A stretch of 64,000 nucleotides of DNA from an uncultured bacterium (GCA_963727525.1 CAVSGO010000007.1:1600001-1664000), one strand, 5' to 3'; counted from the first letter of the stretch, positions 10,233 through 21,117 are shown. Notes: a model not told the origin generated them from the letters alone. Translations and numbers: made by a program.

Positions 10233-10826
10233 CTAGGCGCCGATCGCGAAGCGGGCGAACCGCTTGACCTGGATGTTCTCGCCGAGCTTTCCGATGACCG
10301 AATTGACGTAGTCCTGGACGGTGATGTCCGGATCCTTCACGTACTTCTGCTCGACCAGGCAGATCTCCGCATAGAACTTGGCGACCTTGCCCTCGACGAT
10401 CTTCTCGATCATGGCCTCGGGCTTTCCCTGCTCTCGCATCTGCGCGGCGTAGATCTCCTTCTCCTTCTCCAGGAGGCTGGGATCCACCTCTTCGCGCGTC
10501 ACGGCCACGGGGCTCGCCGCGGCGACATGCATGGCGATGTTGTGGACCATCTCCTGGAAATCGTCGGTGCGCGCGACGAAGTCGGTCTCGCACGCCACTT
10601 CCAGGAGCACGCCCACCTTGCCACCCATGTGGATGTAGGAGCCGACGATACCCTGGCTGGTGGCACGATCGGCCTTCTTGGCGGCCGAGGCAATGCCCTT
10701 CTTGCGCAGGTAGTCCTTCGCCTGCTCCATGTCGCCGTCGCACTCGGCCAGAGCCTTCTTGCAATCCATCATGCCGGCGTTCGTGGCCTCGCGCAGTTCC
10801 TTGACCATCTTGGCGGTGATTTCCAT
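10233..10826 (-). CDS. tsf: elongation factor Ts (short form)
   Basis: VKELREATNAGMMDCKKAL, CETDFVA. Confidence 0.97.
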   Translation of the reverse strand: MEITAKMVKELREATNAGMMDCKKALAECDGDMEQAKDYLRKKGIASAAKKADRATSQGIVGSYIHMGGKVGVLLEVACETDFVARTDDFQEMVHNIAMHVAAASPVAVTREEVDPSLLEKEKEIYAAQMREQGKPEAMIEKIVEGKVAKFYAEICLVEQKYVKDPDITVQDYVNSVIGKLGENIQVKRFARFAIGA

Positions 10827-10864
10827 GAGCCTTGTCTCCCTGTATGGTTGTCGCGCGGCCGTGA

Positions 10865-11695
10865 TCAGGCCTTGGACTCGCCGCTCGTGTCGTCCTTGTC
10901 GGCAGCGACGGGTGCGTCCACGCGGCTGTCGTCACCCTCGAGAGCGACGCTGGCGCGCCGGCGTTCCGGGGCCGCCGGCGCCATGCCCACCGCCGCGTCC
11001 TTGCCCTCGGTACGCACCTGTTTGCCCTCATCGATGGAATCGGCGATGGTGCGCGCGAAGAGGTTGATCGAGCGGATCGCGTCGTCGTTGCCCGGGATGG
11101 GGAACTGGATCGACGTCGGGTCGGCATTGGTGTCGACGATGCCGATGACCGGAATGTTCAGCTTGTTGGCCTCGCGGACGGCCGTCAGCTCCTCGTCGGT
11201 CCCGACGATGAACACCGCATCCGGCCGGCCCTTCATGTTCCGGATACCGCCGAGGTTCTTCTGCAGCTTCTCGTAGTGCCGACCCGCCTCGAGCTGCTCC
11301 TTCTTGGACAGCTTCTCGAGTCGCCCATCGGTCATCATGGCCTCGTGTTCCTCGAGCTTCTGGACGCTCTTGTGGATCGTCTGGAAGTTCGTGAGCATGC
11401 CGCCAAGCCAGCGCTCGGTGACGTAGGGCATTTCGCAGCGCTGCGCGAAATCGCGCACCGCCACCTTGGCCTGCTTCTTCGTGCCGACGAAGAGCACCGT
11501 GCCACCCTTGGACGTCACGCCCTTCACGAACTCGCTCGCGTCGTTGAGGAGCTTGAGAGTCTTCTGAAGGTCGATGATGTAGATGCCGCCGCGCGCGATG
11601 AAGATGTACGGCTTCATCTTGGGATTCCACTTGCGGGTCTGATGTCCGAAATGGACGCCCGCCTCGAGCAGATCCCTCAGTCCCACCTTGGCCAT
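10865..11695 (-). CDS. rpsB: 30S ribosomal protein S2
   Basis: LLEAGVHFGHQTRKWNPKM, RWLGGMLTN, PGNDD; GGAGG RBS before ATG 11695. Confidence 0.98.
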   Translation of the reverse strand: MAKVGLRDLLEAGVHFGHQTRKWNPKMKPYIFIARGGIYIIDLQKTLKLLNDASEFVKGVTSKGGTVLFVGTKKQAKVAVRDFAQRCEMPYVTERWLGGMLTNFQTIHKSVQKLEEHEAMMTDGRLEKLSKKEQLEAGRHYEKLQKNLGGIRNMKGRPDAVFIVGTDEELTAVREANKLNIPVIGIVDTNADPTSIQFPIPGNDDAIRSINLFARTIADSIDEGKQVRTEGKDAAVGMAPAAPERRRASVALEGDDSRVDAPVAADKDDTSGESKA

Positions 11696-11713
11696 GATTG
11701 CCTCCACTGCCAT

Positions 11714-11812
11714 CGGGTTATGCCTCCCCGACCCTCAGCAGCGCGGAACGAACGCCAGGCGGTACGGATATCGTCTGGCGCCACCGGTTCCGGCCTCCGG
11801 TCGGGTGCGTGA
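11714..11812 (-). ncRNA. rpsB leader (t44/S2 autoregulatory element)
   Basis: Minus strand reads CACGCACCCGACC...GGTCGGGGAGGCATAACCC: a closing stem plus the GGAGGCATAACCC motif characteristic of t44 leaders, immediately upstream of rpsB. Confidence 0.7.
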
Positions 11813-11859
11813 TGGAGGCCGCGGCAGTATGCCGCGGCCCCTGTATCGTCCAGCGCCGT

Positions 11860-12246
11860 CTAGCGCTTGGAGAACTGGAAACGCTTGCGCGCGCCGGGCT
11901 GGCCGTACTTCTTGCGCTCGACCATACGCGAGTCACGCGTCAGGAAACCGCCCTTGCGCAGCGGCTTGCGATATTCCTCGTTGGCGACCACCAGGGCGCG
12001 CGCCAGACCGTGACGCATCGCGCCGGCCTGGCCCGAGATGCCGCCCCCGCGCACCGTGCACCAGATGTCGAAATCGCCGTCGATGCTCAGCGACTTCAGC
12101 GGTTGCATCGCGTGCATGCGCAGCATCGCGTTGAAGTAGTTCTCGACCGGCCGCTTGTTGACCGTGATCTTGCCGGACCCCTGGGTCATCCACACGCGGG
12201 CGACGGCGGTCTTGCGACGTCCGGTCGCGTAATACCTCTCCTCCAA
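11860..12246 (-). CDS. rpsI: 30S ribosomal protein S9
   Basis: [41 protein letters not shown]. Confidence 0.98.
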   Translation of the reverse strand: MEERYYATGRRKTAVARVWMTQGSGKITVNKRPVENYFNAMLRMHAMQPLKSLSIDGDFDIWCTVRGGGISGQAGAMRHGLARALVVANEEYRKPLRKGGFLTRDSRMVERKKYGQPGARKRFQFSKR

Positions 12247-12322
12247 CTCCTACCTCCGGTTGCCCGCGGCTGCGGGTCTCAGCGCCCGTGCGCCAGTGCT
12301 GATGGGTCGAACGGCTCCTGCT

Positions 12323-12757
12323 CTAGCTCTCCAGAGCGATGGTCTGCGGCTGCTGAGCCTGGTGCGGATGCTCCGTACCGGCATAGACGCGCAGATGCGT
12401 GAGCTGGCGACGGCCGAGCTTGGTCTTCGGCATCATGCCCTTGACCGCCATCTCGATGACGCGCTCGGGGTTCTTCGCCATGAGAGTCTTCAGCGGGGTC
12501 GCCTTCTGACCACCGATCCAGCCGGTGTGGCGAAGGTAGACCTTGGTCTCCACCTTGGTGCCGGTGAGCTTCACATTCGCCGCATTGATGATGATGACGT
12601 TGTCGCCCATGTCGAGGTGCGGCGTGAACGTGGGCTTGTGCTTGCCCCGCAGGAAGGTCGCCACGCGCGTCGCCAGGCGGCCCAGCGGCACGCCCGCCGC
12701 ATCGAACACCACCCAGTCCTTGGCGATCTCGTCCAGTTTCATGCTGTACGTTGTCAC
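12323..12757 (-). CDS. rplM: 50S ribosomal protein L13
   Basis: [31 protein letters not shown]. Confidence 0.98.
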   Translation of the reverse strand: MTTYSMKLDEIAKDWVVFDAAGVPLGRLATRVATFLRGKHKPTFTPHLDMGDNVIIINAANVKLTGTKVETKVYLRHTGWIGGQKATPLKTLMAKNPERVIEMAVKGMMPKTKLGRRQLTHLRVYAGTEHPHQAQQPQTIALES

Positions 12758-12957
12758 GACTCGGCCTTTCGGAACGGGCTAGCTCGTCTGACCAGCTTCG
12801 CGAGCCCACGGCAAGCACACCGGCGGCGCGGGCGGTACGCACCGTTGCGCCCGCCTGCACCCAGCGGCGATTCTGGGATCGTGTAATTCTCTGTCCGGCA
12901 TACGATTAGGCCGCGCGCGCGCCCCAAGCCAGGCCGGAACTTGAATCCGGACCGCGG

Positions 12958-12986
12958 AATTTAGCAGTTTTGACCGTCTCTGTCAA
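12958..12986 (-). promoter_or_regulatory. sigma70 promoter for rplM-rpsI
   Basis: TTGACA-17 nt-TAAATT on the minus strand. Confidence 0.7.
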
Positions 12987-13011
12987 GGTGAGGAGGCGGG
13001 ATCGCACAGAA

Positions 13012-13038
13012 CGCCCCCCACGTTCCCTCGCGGGGGCG
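13012..13038 (-). terminator. hairpin/probable terminator after the beta-helix gene
   Basis: CGCCCCC/GGGGGCG stem followed by TTCTGT on the minus strand. Confidence 0.45.
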
Positions 13039-13073
13039 CCCCTCGCCCACGCCATCGGAGCGGCGCCGGGGAG

Positions 13074-14255
13074 TCAGCGGAAGAGGGACTTGACGTCGCC
13101 GAAGTTCATCGATTCCGCCGGCGACGATTCGCCGATATAGGGCTTGAAGAACACGAAGCCATGGATATCGGCGTGGTCTGCGTCGTTGCCGTCGACGATC
13201 CAGGCGGAGATCGAGTCGGCGCTGGCCACACCCCAGTAGTTGTTGGCGAGGTTCACGTACCTGTCGGGAGGGTTGGCGAATCCCTCCAGGCGGACGGCCA
13301 GCCCGTCGCCCTTCAGGATATCGTTCGTCTTCAGACTCGGCGTGCAGTCGTTTACCCGGATCGCCTCATCCCGCGAGCCCTCGAACGTGTTGCGCAGGCA
13401 GGCCACGTCGCTCGCTTCCGAACCGAAGTGAATGTTGTAGCCGCCACCATCGATCTCGTTGTCGACGATGGCGAGGGATTGCGAGCCGTAGAACGACAGG
13501 CCGTTGCTGCTGTTGGTCACCTCGTGCAGGTTGAAGGTGCAGCCCGCGACCGTTCCGCCGCTGTGATCGAAGATGCCGGCGTTGCGGCAGTTCTGGACCG
13601 TGCAGTCGGTTAACGTCGCCGAGGCCACGATTTGCATGTTGACCACGGTCGACACCGCGGTGAAGTCGCAGCGTTCCACGACCATCGGCGACGACTCGCT
13701 GAACGCGTAGACGCCTGTGCTGGAGATGTCGCGGAAATCGGTACCGGTCAGGCGGCCGGACGCGCGGGCATACACGCCGTACCGGAGTTGCTGGAAGCGG
13801 CAGTCGTCGCCGCGGAAATCGCCGCCGTAGGCCACGAGGCCATGCACGGTCGCCGCGCACGTGAGGGACCCGATGGCGATCGTATCCGTGGTGCGGTCGG
13901 GATCGATGAAGAAACCCGCAACGCGGTCATCGGGATTCCACGTATAGGGGTCGTCGGGACCGATGTACGTGGCGTCGCGGCCGGCGCCGACGATGGTCAA
14001 CGGGCCCTTGGCGACGTCGACATAGACCTGCCAGTCGTTGCCGGCGTGGGTATGGGTCGCGTATTCGCCGAATTGTCCGGGCCCGATCCGGATCGTATCG
14101 CCGGGCGCCGCAGCCGCGACCGCGTCCTGGATGATGCTGAAATCGCCGCCAGCATCTGTCTCGACATGCCACGTCCGCGCGCTCGCGTCCGGTGCCAGTG
14201 CGATGGCGAGGCTCACGAGAGCGATCAGGGCGGCAGGAGCGAAATGGCGTACCAT
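13074..14255 (-). CDS. secreted right-handed parallel beta-helix (pectin-lyase-like) protein with short C-terminal tag
   Basis: Signal peptide (…ASA/RTW), DFSIIQDAVAAAAPGDTIRIGPG beta-helix cap, NNYWG motif, ends SPAESMNFGDVKSLFR. Confidence 0.8.
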   Translation of the reverse strand: MVRHFAPAALIALVSLAIALAPDASARTWHVETDAGGDFSIIQDAVAAAAPGDTIRIGPGQFGEYATHTHAGNDWQVYVDVAKGPLTIVGAGRDATYIGPDDPYTWNPDDRVAGFFIDPDRTTDTIAIGSLTCAATVHGLVAYGGDFRGDDCRFQQLRYGVYARASGRLTGTDFRDISSTGVYAFSESSPMVVERCDFTAVSTVVNMQIVASATLTDCTVQNCRNAGIFDHSGGTVAGCTFNLHEVTNSSNGLSFYGSQSLAIVDNEIDGGGYNIHFGSEASDVACLRNTFEGSRDEAIRVNDCTPSLKTNDILKGDGLAVRLEGFANPPDRYVNLANNYWGVASADSISAWIVDGNDADHADIHGFVFFKPYIGESSPAESMNFGDVKSLFR

Positions 14256-14314
14256 CGTCCCTCCTCGAGGTGTATGGCGACAGACGCCCCCGCGGCTGCC
14301 ACCGACGCGCCATT

Positions 14315-15388
14315 CTAACCCAGACTCAAGATCTCCAGAAGAGAATTCTCGTAGGGCGGCCGCAGCACGCCACGTTCGGTGATGAAGGCGGTGATCAATT
14401 CGCCGGGTGTGACATCGAAGGCGGGATTGAACGCCGCCACCCCCACCGGCGTCGCGCGCGCGGTGCCGAAGGAGTGCACCTCTTCGGGATCGCGTTCCTC
14501 GATCACGATATCCTCGCCGCGGGCGGTCCCCGGATCGAATGTCGAGGCCGGCGCGGCGACGTAGAACGGCACGCCGTGCCGGTGCGCCATCACCGCGAGC
14601 GGATAGGTCCCGATCTTGTTCGCCGTGTCGCCGTTGCGCGCGATGCGATCGGCGCCGGTGATCACCGCGTCGATGCCGCCGCGTCGCAGCACGGTAGCGG
14701 CCGCCACATCGGGAATCACGGTGACGTCGATGCCCTGCGACTGCAGCTCGAACGCCGTGAGACGCGCGCCCTGCAGTAGCGGCCGCGTCTCGTCGGCATA
14801 GACAACCACGTGCTTGCCCAGTTCGCGCGCGGCGTAAACCACCCCCACCGCCGTGCCAAAACCGCCCGTGGCCAGGCCGCCGGCGTTGCAGTGGGTGAGC
14901 ACGGTTGCCCGATCGGGCAGCAACGCGGCACCGGCGCGGCCCATGGCGCGGCCCATGGCCAGGTCCTCGGCATGGATGGCACGCGCTTCCGTCTCGAGCG
15001 CCTCCGCCAGCGCCACCGGCGTGGCGCCCGCGGCGGCATGCGCGTCGACTGCGGCCATCATGCGACGCAATGCCCAGAAGAGGTTCACGGCCGTGGGGCG
15101 CGTGGCTGCGAGGACGTCGCGGTCGCGGTGCAGGCGCGAGAGCAATGCCGCCACGGTCTCACCGGCCTCGACGCCTTGCCAGGCCGACATCGCGAGGCAA
15201 TAGGCCGCAGCGATACCGATGGCGGGAGCGCCGCGCACGGCGAGCTGCTTGATCGCTGCGGCCACCTCGTCCACGCGTCGACACTCGCGGAAGGCCACGC
15301 GGGCGGGCAGCAACGTCTGATCGAGCAGGTGGACGGAGCCGTCGCGGAACTCGGCCACAGGAAACGGGAAGCTCAGGGTCGCGTTCAT
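14315..15388 (-). CDS. mtnA: S-methyl-5-thioribose-1-phosphate isomerase
   Basis: LLDQTLLP, VRGAPAIG, TRPTAVNL, THCNAGGLAT, ETRPLLQG, NKIGTY, NPAFDVTP; ATGA overlap with maf. Confidence 0.95.
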   Translation of the reverse strand: MNATLSFPFPVAEFRDGSVHLLDQTLLPARVAFRECRRVDEVAAAIKQLAVRGAPAIGIAAAYCLAMSAWQGVEAGETVAALLSRLHRDRDVLAATRPTAVNLFWALRRMMAAVDAHAAAGATPVALAEALETEARAIHAEDLAMGRAMGRAGAALLPDRATVLTHCNAGGLATGGFGTAVGVVYAARELGKHVVVYADETRPLLQGARLTAFELQSQGIDVTVIPDVAAATVLRRGGIDAVITGADRIARNGDTANKIGTYPLAVMAHRHGVPFYVAAPASTFDPGTARGEDIVIEERDPEEVHSFGTARATPVGVAAFNPAFDVTPGELITAFITERGVLRPPYENSLLEILSLG

Positions 15389-16043
15389 GGCACCTCGTCG
15401 TGGCTGGTCTGGGCGCCGTTCCTCTCGCCAAGCACCGCACGCAGCGCGCGGCCGAGCAGGGCGAGTGGCAGGCCCATGACGTTGAAATAGCAACCGTCGA
15501 CACCGCGCACCATCATGGCGCCGAAGCCCTGGATACCATAGGCGCCGGCCTTGTCCATGGGTTCGCCGGTGGCAACGTAACGGGCGATGGCGGCCGCGGA
15601 GAGTGGCAGGAATTCCACGCCCGTGCGCTCGTGCCCGCGCCAGGGCTGCGCGCCGCCCAGCAGCGCCAGCGCTGTGATCACCACGTGCCGACGACCCTGC
15701 AGGCGAGCAAGGATCCGTTGGGCGTCGGACTCATCCTCGGGTTTCTCGAGCAGCGCGCCGTCGAGGATGACGATGGTATCGGCCCCCAGCACGAGGCGTC
15801 CCGGCCGCGTCGTCGCCACGGCCTGCGCCTTGGCCAGCGCCAGTTCCTCCGCGTAACGGCCCGGTTCGTCGTGCAGGTGGGTCAGCGCCGCAGCCGACGT
15901 CACCTCCACCGCTTCCGCCGCCACGTGCACCTCGAAAGGTATGCCGGCTACCCGCAGCAACTCGGCGCGGCGCGGCGAACGGCTGGCGAGTACGAGCGCC
16001 TCGCCCGCCGGCCAGGGCACGAACGGACTCGTGACAGTCCCCG

Positions 16044-16047
<4 letters not shown>
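15385..16047 (-). CDS. maf: Maf-family nucleoside triphosphate pyrophosphatase
   Basis: LASRSPRR, GADT, DKAGAYGIQG, NVMGLP. Confidence 0.95.
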
Positions 16048-16493
<446 letters not shown>

Positions 16494-16496
16494 CGG

Positions 16497-18680
16497 CTAG
16501 CCTACCTGATACCGATCGATCTTCTCCACGCCGGCCACGTGACCCACGGCGCGCAACACCTTCTGCAGGTTGTTGAGATTGCGCACCTCGACCACGAAGA
16601 CGGCGCGGGCGAGGTCGTTTTCCTTGCCGAACTCGCCGCTATGGAGGTTGGCGCCTTCGGCGCCGATCACCTGGCTGATGTCCGCGAGCAGACCCTTGCG
16701 GTCGCTGGCCAGGATGATCAGCTTCACGAGGAACGTCTGGTCGGATGCGACGTCCCAGCTCACCTCGATGAGGTGATCGTCGTCGAGTTGCGGGTCCTTC
16801 AGGTTGGAACAGCCCACGCGATGCACGGTGACGCCGCGTCCCCGGGTGATGAGGCCGATGATCTCGTCGCCGGGAATCGGATTGCAGCAACGCGCAAAGT
16901 TGACGACCAGATTCTCCTCCCCGGCCACGCGCACGCCGCCCATCTTGCGGCGCAGAATGGCATCGGAGATATCGCGCGCCTTGTCGAACACGCGGTCCGG
17001 CAGCGAGCGCTCGGTCGGATGCAGGCGCGTGAGCACCCGCTGCCAGGATTGCTCGCCGCGGCCAATCGCAGCCAGCAACGACTCCGACTCCGCATAGCCC
17101 ATCTGCTGTGCGACATCCATGAGACCCTCGTCCATGTTCACACGCAGCTTCTGCCGTTGCAGCTCCCGCTCGAGAATCTCCTTGCCCAGACGCACGCTCT
17201 CCTGCTGCTGGGTGCTCTTGATCCAGCGGCGGATATGGTGCTTGGCGCGCGCGGTCTGCACGATGCTGAGCCAGCCCGTCGACGGACGCGCCGTCTTCGA
17301 CGTGAGGATCTCCACCACGTCGCGATTATGCAGCGGCGTGCGCAGGCTCACGATGCGGTTGTTCACCTTGGCACCCACGCAGTGCAGACCCACGGCCGAG
17401 TGGATGCGGAACGCGAAGTCGAGCGGCGTGGAGCCCCGAGGCAGCTGGAAGAGATCACCGGCCGGGCTGAAGACGAAGACCTCGTCTCGGAAAAAGTCGA
17501 TGCGCAGCGTCTCCATGAACTCGCGCGGGTCAGCAACATCCTGCTGCCACTCCATGATCTGTCGTAGCCAGCGCACGAGACCGGAGAAGTCGGTGGCATC
17601 GCGCGTACCTTCCTTGTAGCGCCAGTGCGCGGCGATGCCCAGCTCACTGCGCTCGTGCATCTCCAGCGTGCGGATCTGCACCTCGACGTAACGTCCGCCC
17701 GGCACCAGCACCGTGGTATGCAGCGATTGATACATGTTCGGCTTGGGCGTCGCGATGTAGTCCTTGATGCGATCGGCCAGTGGCGGGAACAGGCTGTGGA
17801 TCACACCCAGGGCGTGATAGCAGTCGGCCTTGGTCTCGGTGATCACGCGCAGGGCGAGCAGGTCGAAGACGCGGTCGAGGGCGATGGACTGGTCCTTCAT
17901 CTTGCGATAGATCGAGTAGAAGTGCTTGGGACGTCCGGTCACCTCGCAGTGGATGCCGGCCTTCTCCAGCGCTTCCAGCAGCGGCTGCTCCACCTCCTCC
18001 ACGCGATGCTCCCGTTCGGCGCGGGTGGTGTTGATCCCACGCTCGATATCGAAGTAGCGCTCGGGCAGGAGAATCTTGAAAGATCGGTCCTCCAACTCCC
18101 ACTTGATGCGCGCGATGCCGAAGCGGTGGGCCAGCGGCGCGTAGACGTCCATCGTCTCCTGAGCGATCTCGCGCTGTCGGTCGGCCGGGAGGTACTCGAT
18201 GGTGCGCATGTTGTGCAGGCGATCGGCCAGCTTGATGAGCACCGTACGCGGATCCTGTGCGATCGAGAGGATGAGCTTTCGATAGGTCCCGGCCTTGCGC
18301 GCCTCGGGATTGGCGCTGCGGATCTCGCTGATCTTGGTGACGCCGTCCACCATGTGGGCCACGTCGGCCCCGAATCGCTGCTTCACTTCGGCCAGCTCGT
18401 GAACCGTGTCCTCCACCACGTCGTGCACCAGCGCGGCGATCAGGGAGTCGACGTCCAGGCGCAGATCCGCGAGGATGTCGGCCACGATGAGCGCATGCGA
18501 AAAGTACGGCTCCCCGCTGTGACGCACCTGACCGGCATGCGCGGACAGGGCGAAGTCGTACGCCGCCCACAGGCGCGTGACGTCGGCGCCGGAGTTGTAC
18601 TCTTGCACCTTCGCGACGATGGCCTCCATCATGCCACGCAGGTCGTGGCCGGAGTCGGTGTGCGAGATGCTCGATTTCAT
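16497..18680 (-). CDS. relA: bifunctional (p)ppGpp synthetase/hydrolase Rel
   Basis: HD domain HDVVEDT, RIKDY synthetase, YQSLHT, TGS and ACT domains; ATGA overlap with recJ. Confidence 0.95.
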   Translation of the reverse strand: MKSSISHTDSGHDLRGMMEAIVAKVQEYNSGADVTRLWAAYDFALSAHAGQVRHSGEPYFSHALIVADILADLRLDVDSLIAALVHDVVEDTVHELAEVKQRFGADVAHMVDGVTKISEIRSANPEARKAGTYRKLILSIAQDPRTVLIKLADRLHNMRTIEYLPADRQREIAQETMDVYAPLAHRFGIARIKWELEDRSFKILLPERYFDIERGINTTRAEREHRVEEVEQPLLEALEKAGIHCEVTGRPKHFYSIYRKMKDQSIALDRVFDLLALRVITETKADCYHALGVIHSLFPPLADRIKDYIATPKPNMYQSLHTTVLVPGGRYVEVQIRTLEMHERSELGIAAHWRYKEGTRDATDFSGLVRWLRQIMEWQQDVADPREFMETLRIDFFRDEVFVFSPAGDLFQLPRGSTPLDFAFRIHSAVGLHCVGAKVNNRIVSLRTPLHNRDVVEILTSKTARPSTGWLSIVQTARAKHHIRRWIKSTQQQESVRLGKEILERELQRQKLRVNMDEGLMDVAQQMGYAESESLLAAIGRGEQSWQRVLTRLHPTERSLPDRVFDKARDISDAILRRKMGGVRVAGEENLVVNFARCCNPIPGDEIIGLITRGRGVTVHRVGCSNLKDPQLDDDHLIEVSWDVASDQTFLVKLIILASDRKGLLADISQVIGAEGANLHSGEFGKENDLARAVFVVEVRNLNNLQKVLRAVGHVAGVEKIDRYQVG

Positions 18681-20674
18681 GGCCGGTCGGTAGCGGGCCG
18701 CACGTCCACCAGGAGCTGCTGGACGGGATCGTACGAACTGCCGCGCGGGCGGAAGGTGCTGCGGCCGATCTGGAAGAGGACGTCCCACTCCTCGTTCAGC
18801 GGATCGCGTCCCGCGGCATCCAGCTCCGTGCAGCACCGCCGCCAGGCCTCGCCGCTGCCGAAGGCGACGAACTCGCGCGCCAGCGCGGGCGTCTGCCCGT
18901 GCGCAAGACCGGTGGCGCGGAAGGCGAAGCGCAGGTGAGCGCCCCCTCCCATCACGGTGGGATGGCGTAGCAGGCGTAACCGGCGCGCCTGGAACACCGG
19001 CTTGCGATTGCCGGCACCGAACGGCTCCATCTGCTCCAGCTCCGCGACCTGATCGGCCACGTCCTGGGACGTGAGATCGACGATGCTGAGTTCGAGGTCG
19101 TAGGTCACGGGTACCGGGCCGCGCCGCGGCTCACGCCGCAGCGCCGCCAGGAACGCCTCCCGGAACGCCGGGATGTCGCGCCGGCGTAACGTGAGCCCGG
19201 CCGCCTGGGCATGGCCTCCATAGCGCAGCAGGTAGCCGGCGCAGCGATCGAGCACGGCCTTCACGTCGACATCGGCCACGCTGCGCGCCGAACCGCGGGC
19301 CTCGTCGCCTTCCACGGCAATGAGGATGGTCGGCAGCTGGTACAGTTCCACGAGCCGCGCCGCACCGATGCCGATGACACCCTTGTGCCACGTGCTCGCC
19401 GCCAGTACCAGGCCCGGATCGCCGCGCCCGACGTAGGGCTCGGCCATGGCCACGGCTTCTTCCTTCAGCGCGATGTCGGCCTGCTTGCGCCGCGTGTTGG
19501 TGCGATCCGCCTCCTGCGCCAAACGTTCAGCCATCGCGGGATCGTCGGTGAGCAGCAGTTCCAGCGCCGCCATCACGCGGCCGATGCGTCCGCACGCGTT
19601 CAGGCGCGGAGCGATCTGGTACGCGAGGTCGGCAGCCGTGACGGGGAAGCCACGGTCGAGCCCGGCGATGCGCAGCAGCGCGGCCACGCCCGGCCGGATG
19701 GTCTGCCGATCGCCCAGCCGTTCGAGCCCCTTGCGCACGAGTACACGATTCTCCCCCACCAGGGCCATCTGATCCGCCACCAGCCCCAGGGCCACGAGGT
19801 CGGTGAGTCCGTTGAGGAACTGGCGCGGCAAGCATGTCGCGAACTCCTGCTGCATCGCCTGCGCCAGCTTGAACGCCACGGCCACGCCGCAGAGGTCGGC
19901 ATTGGGATACTGCGCGTCGGGTCGCCGCGGGTTCACCAGCGCCACGGCGCACGGTCGTTCCTCGAAGATATGGTGGTCGAGCACGATGACGTCGATGCCC
20001 AGTTCCTGCGCGAGCGCCAGCTCGGTGTGGGCGGCGGAACCCGTATCCACCGTGATCAGCAACGTGACACCCTCGGCCGCCCACTCGCGGACCATGCGCG
20101 CCGCCACGCCGTAGCCGTCGGTGGCGCGGTCGGGAATGAACGGCGGCAAGACCGCCGTCCGCTGATCGTCGATCGTGAGGTTGCGCAGTAGTTCGTAGAG
20201 CACGGCGCAGCCGGTGATGCCGTCCACGTCGAAGTCGCCGTGGATGGCCACCTTCTCGCCCTGACGCGCCGCACGGGCGACGCGCGCCACGGCCTTGTCC
20301 ATCTCCACGAGCAGGAAGGGATCGGAGAGGTGCTCGAGCGAGGGGTAGAAGAAGCTGTCGAGGTCGCGCCGGTTGGTCAGACCCCGCGAGGCGAGCAGGA
20401 CCAGCAGCCGGTCGGAGACGGAGAAGGGCAGCGGGACCTCGCGGCGCAACCGCTCGATCGTCTCCGGCTGCGGCATGTCCTCTGCACGCCACGGCCGCCC
20501 GGACAGGATGCCGCAGGGAGCGCCCTCGCGCGCGGCGACTTCCGGATCGCACTGCGGCTCCGGCGCCGCCACGGGGCGATCGGGTTCACCCGGATGTCCT
20601 GGCGTGGACTCGGGATCGGGCGACAGGGGCAGTTCGTGCGGCACAGTTTCGGCTCCCCGCGAACCGATCGTCAT
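18677..20674 (-). CDS. recJ: single-stranded DNA exonuclease RecJ
   Basis: GDFDVDG, DGYG, TVDTG, LDHH, PRLNACGR, GSARS, GGHAQAAG. Confidence 0.95.
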   Translation of the reverse strand: MTIGSRGAETVPHELPLSPDPESTPGHPGEPDRPVAAPEPQCDPEVAAREGAPCGILSGRPWRAEDMPQPETIERLRREVPLPFSVSDRLLVLLASRGLTNRRDLDSFFYPSLEHLSDPFLLVEMDKAVARVARAARQGEKVAIHGDFDVDGITGCAVLYELLRNLTIDDQRTAVLPPFIPDRATDGYGVAARMVREWAAEGVTLLITVDTGSAAHTELALAQELGIDVIVLDHHIFEERPCAVALVNPRRPDAQYPNADLCGVAVAFKLAQAMQQEFATCLPRQFLNGLTDLVALGLVADQMALVGENRVLVRKGLERLGDRQTIRPGVAALLRIAGLDRGFPVTAADLAYQIAPRLNACGRIGRVMAALELLLTDDPAMAERLAQEADRTNTRRKQADIALKEEAVAMAEPYVGRGDPGLVLAASTWHKGVIGIGAARLVELYQLPTILIAVEGDEARGSARSVADVDVKAVLDRCAGYLLRYGGHAQAAGLTLRRRDIPAFREAFLAALRREPRRGPVPVTYDLELSIVDLTSQDVADQVAELEQMEPFGAGNRKPVFQARRLRLLRHPTVMGGGAHLRFAFRATGLAHGQTPALAREFVAFGSGEAWRRCCTELDAAGRDPLNEEWDVLFQIGRSTFRPRGSSYDPVQQLLVDVRPATDRP

Positions 20675-20706
20675 GGACGAACGCTCGCGTCAACAGGGTG
20701 ACCGCC

Positions 20707-20739
20707 CGTCCGTCCGTGCCCGTACGGCACGGACGGACG
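20707..20739. repeat. perfect 14-bp inverted repeat just downstream of rnpB
   Basis: CGTCCGTCCGTGCC-5 nt-GGCACGGACGGACG; no U-tract on the rnpB strand. Confidence 0.75.
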
Positions 20740-20746
20740 AACGACA

Positions 20747-21117
20747 GGGAAGCCGGTCGTAAGCCGAGTTCTGTTACCGCTCTCGCGGTGACGACCATGT
20801 ATCTGGGACCGACGTTGCCGTCGGCCTCGAGCGACCTACCCGGGAGTCGAACGAGGCGGGCCACCTCTCCTCCCCTATTTGGTCTTGCACCGGGTGGGGT
20901 TTGCCCTGCCACCTCCGTCACCGGAAGCGCGGTGAGCTCTTACCTCACCTTTTCACCCTTACCGCGCCAGGCCACGAAGCCTGGCGTGGCGGTATGTTTT
21001 CTGTGGCACTTTCCGTAGGATTGCTCCTCCTGGGTGTTACCCAGCACCCTGCCCTGCGGTGCTCGGACTTTCCTCGGGTTCCCTGGGGGGAACACGCGGT
21101 CGTCTCTCCAGCTTCCC
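20747..21117 (-). ncRNA. rnpB: RNase P RNA (type A)
   Basis: Minus strand has GAGGAAAGTCCG, GAAAGTGCCACAGAAA and AACAGAACTCGGCTTA; terminal P1 pairing GGGAAGC/GCTTCCC. Confidence 0.97.
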
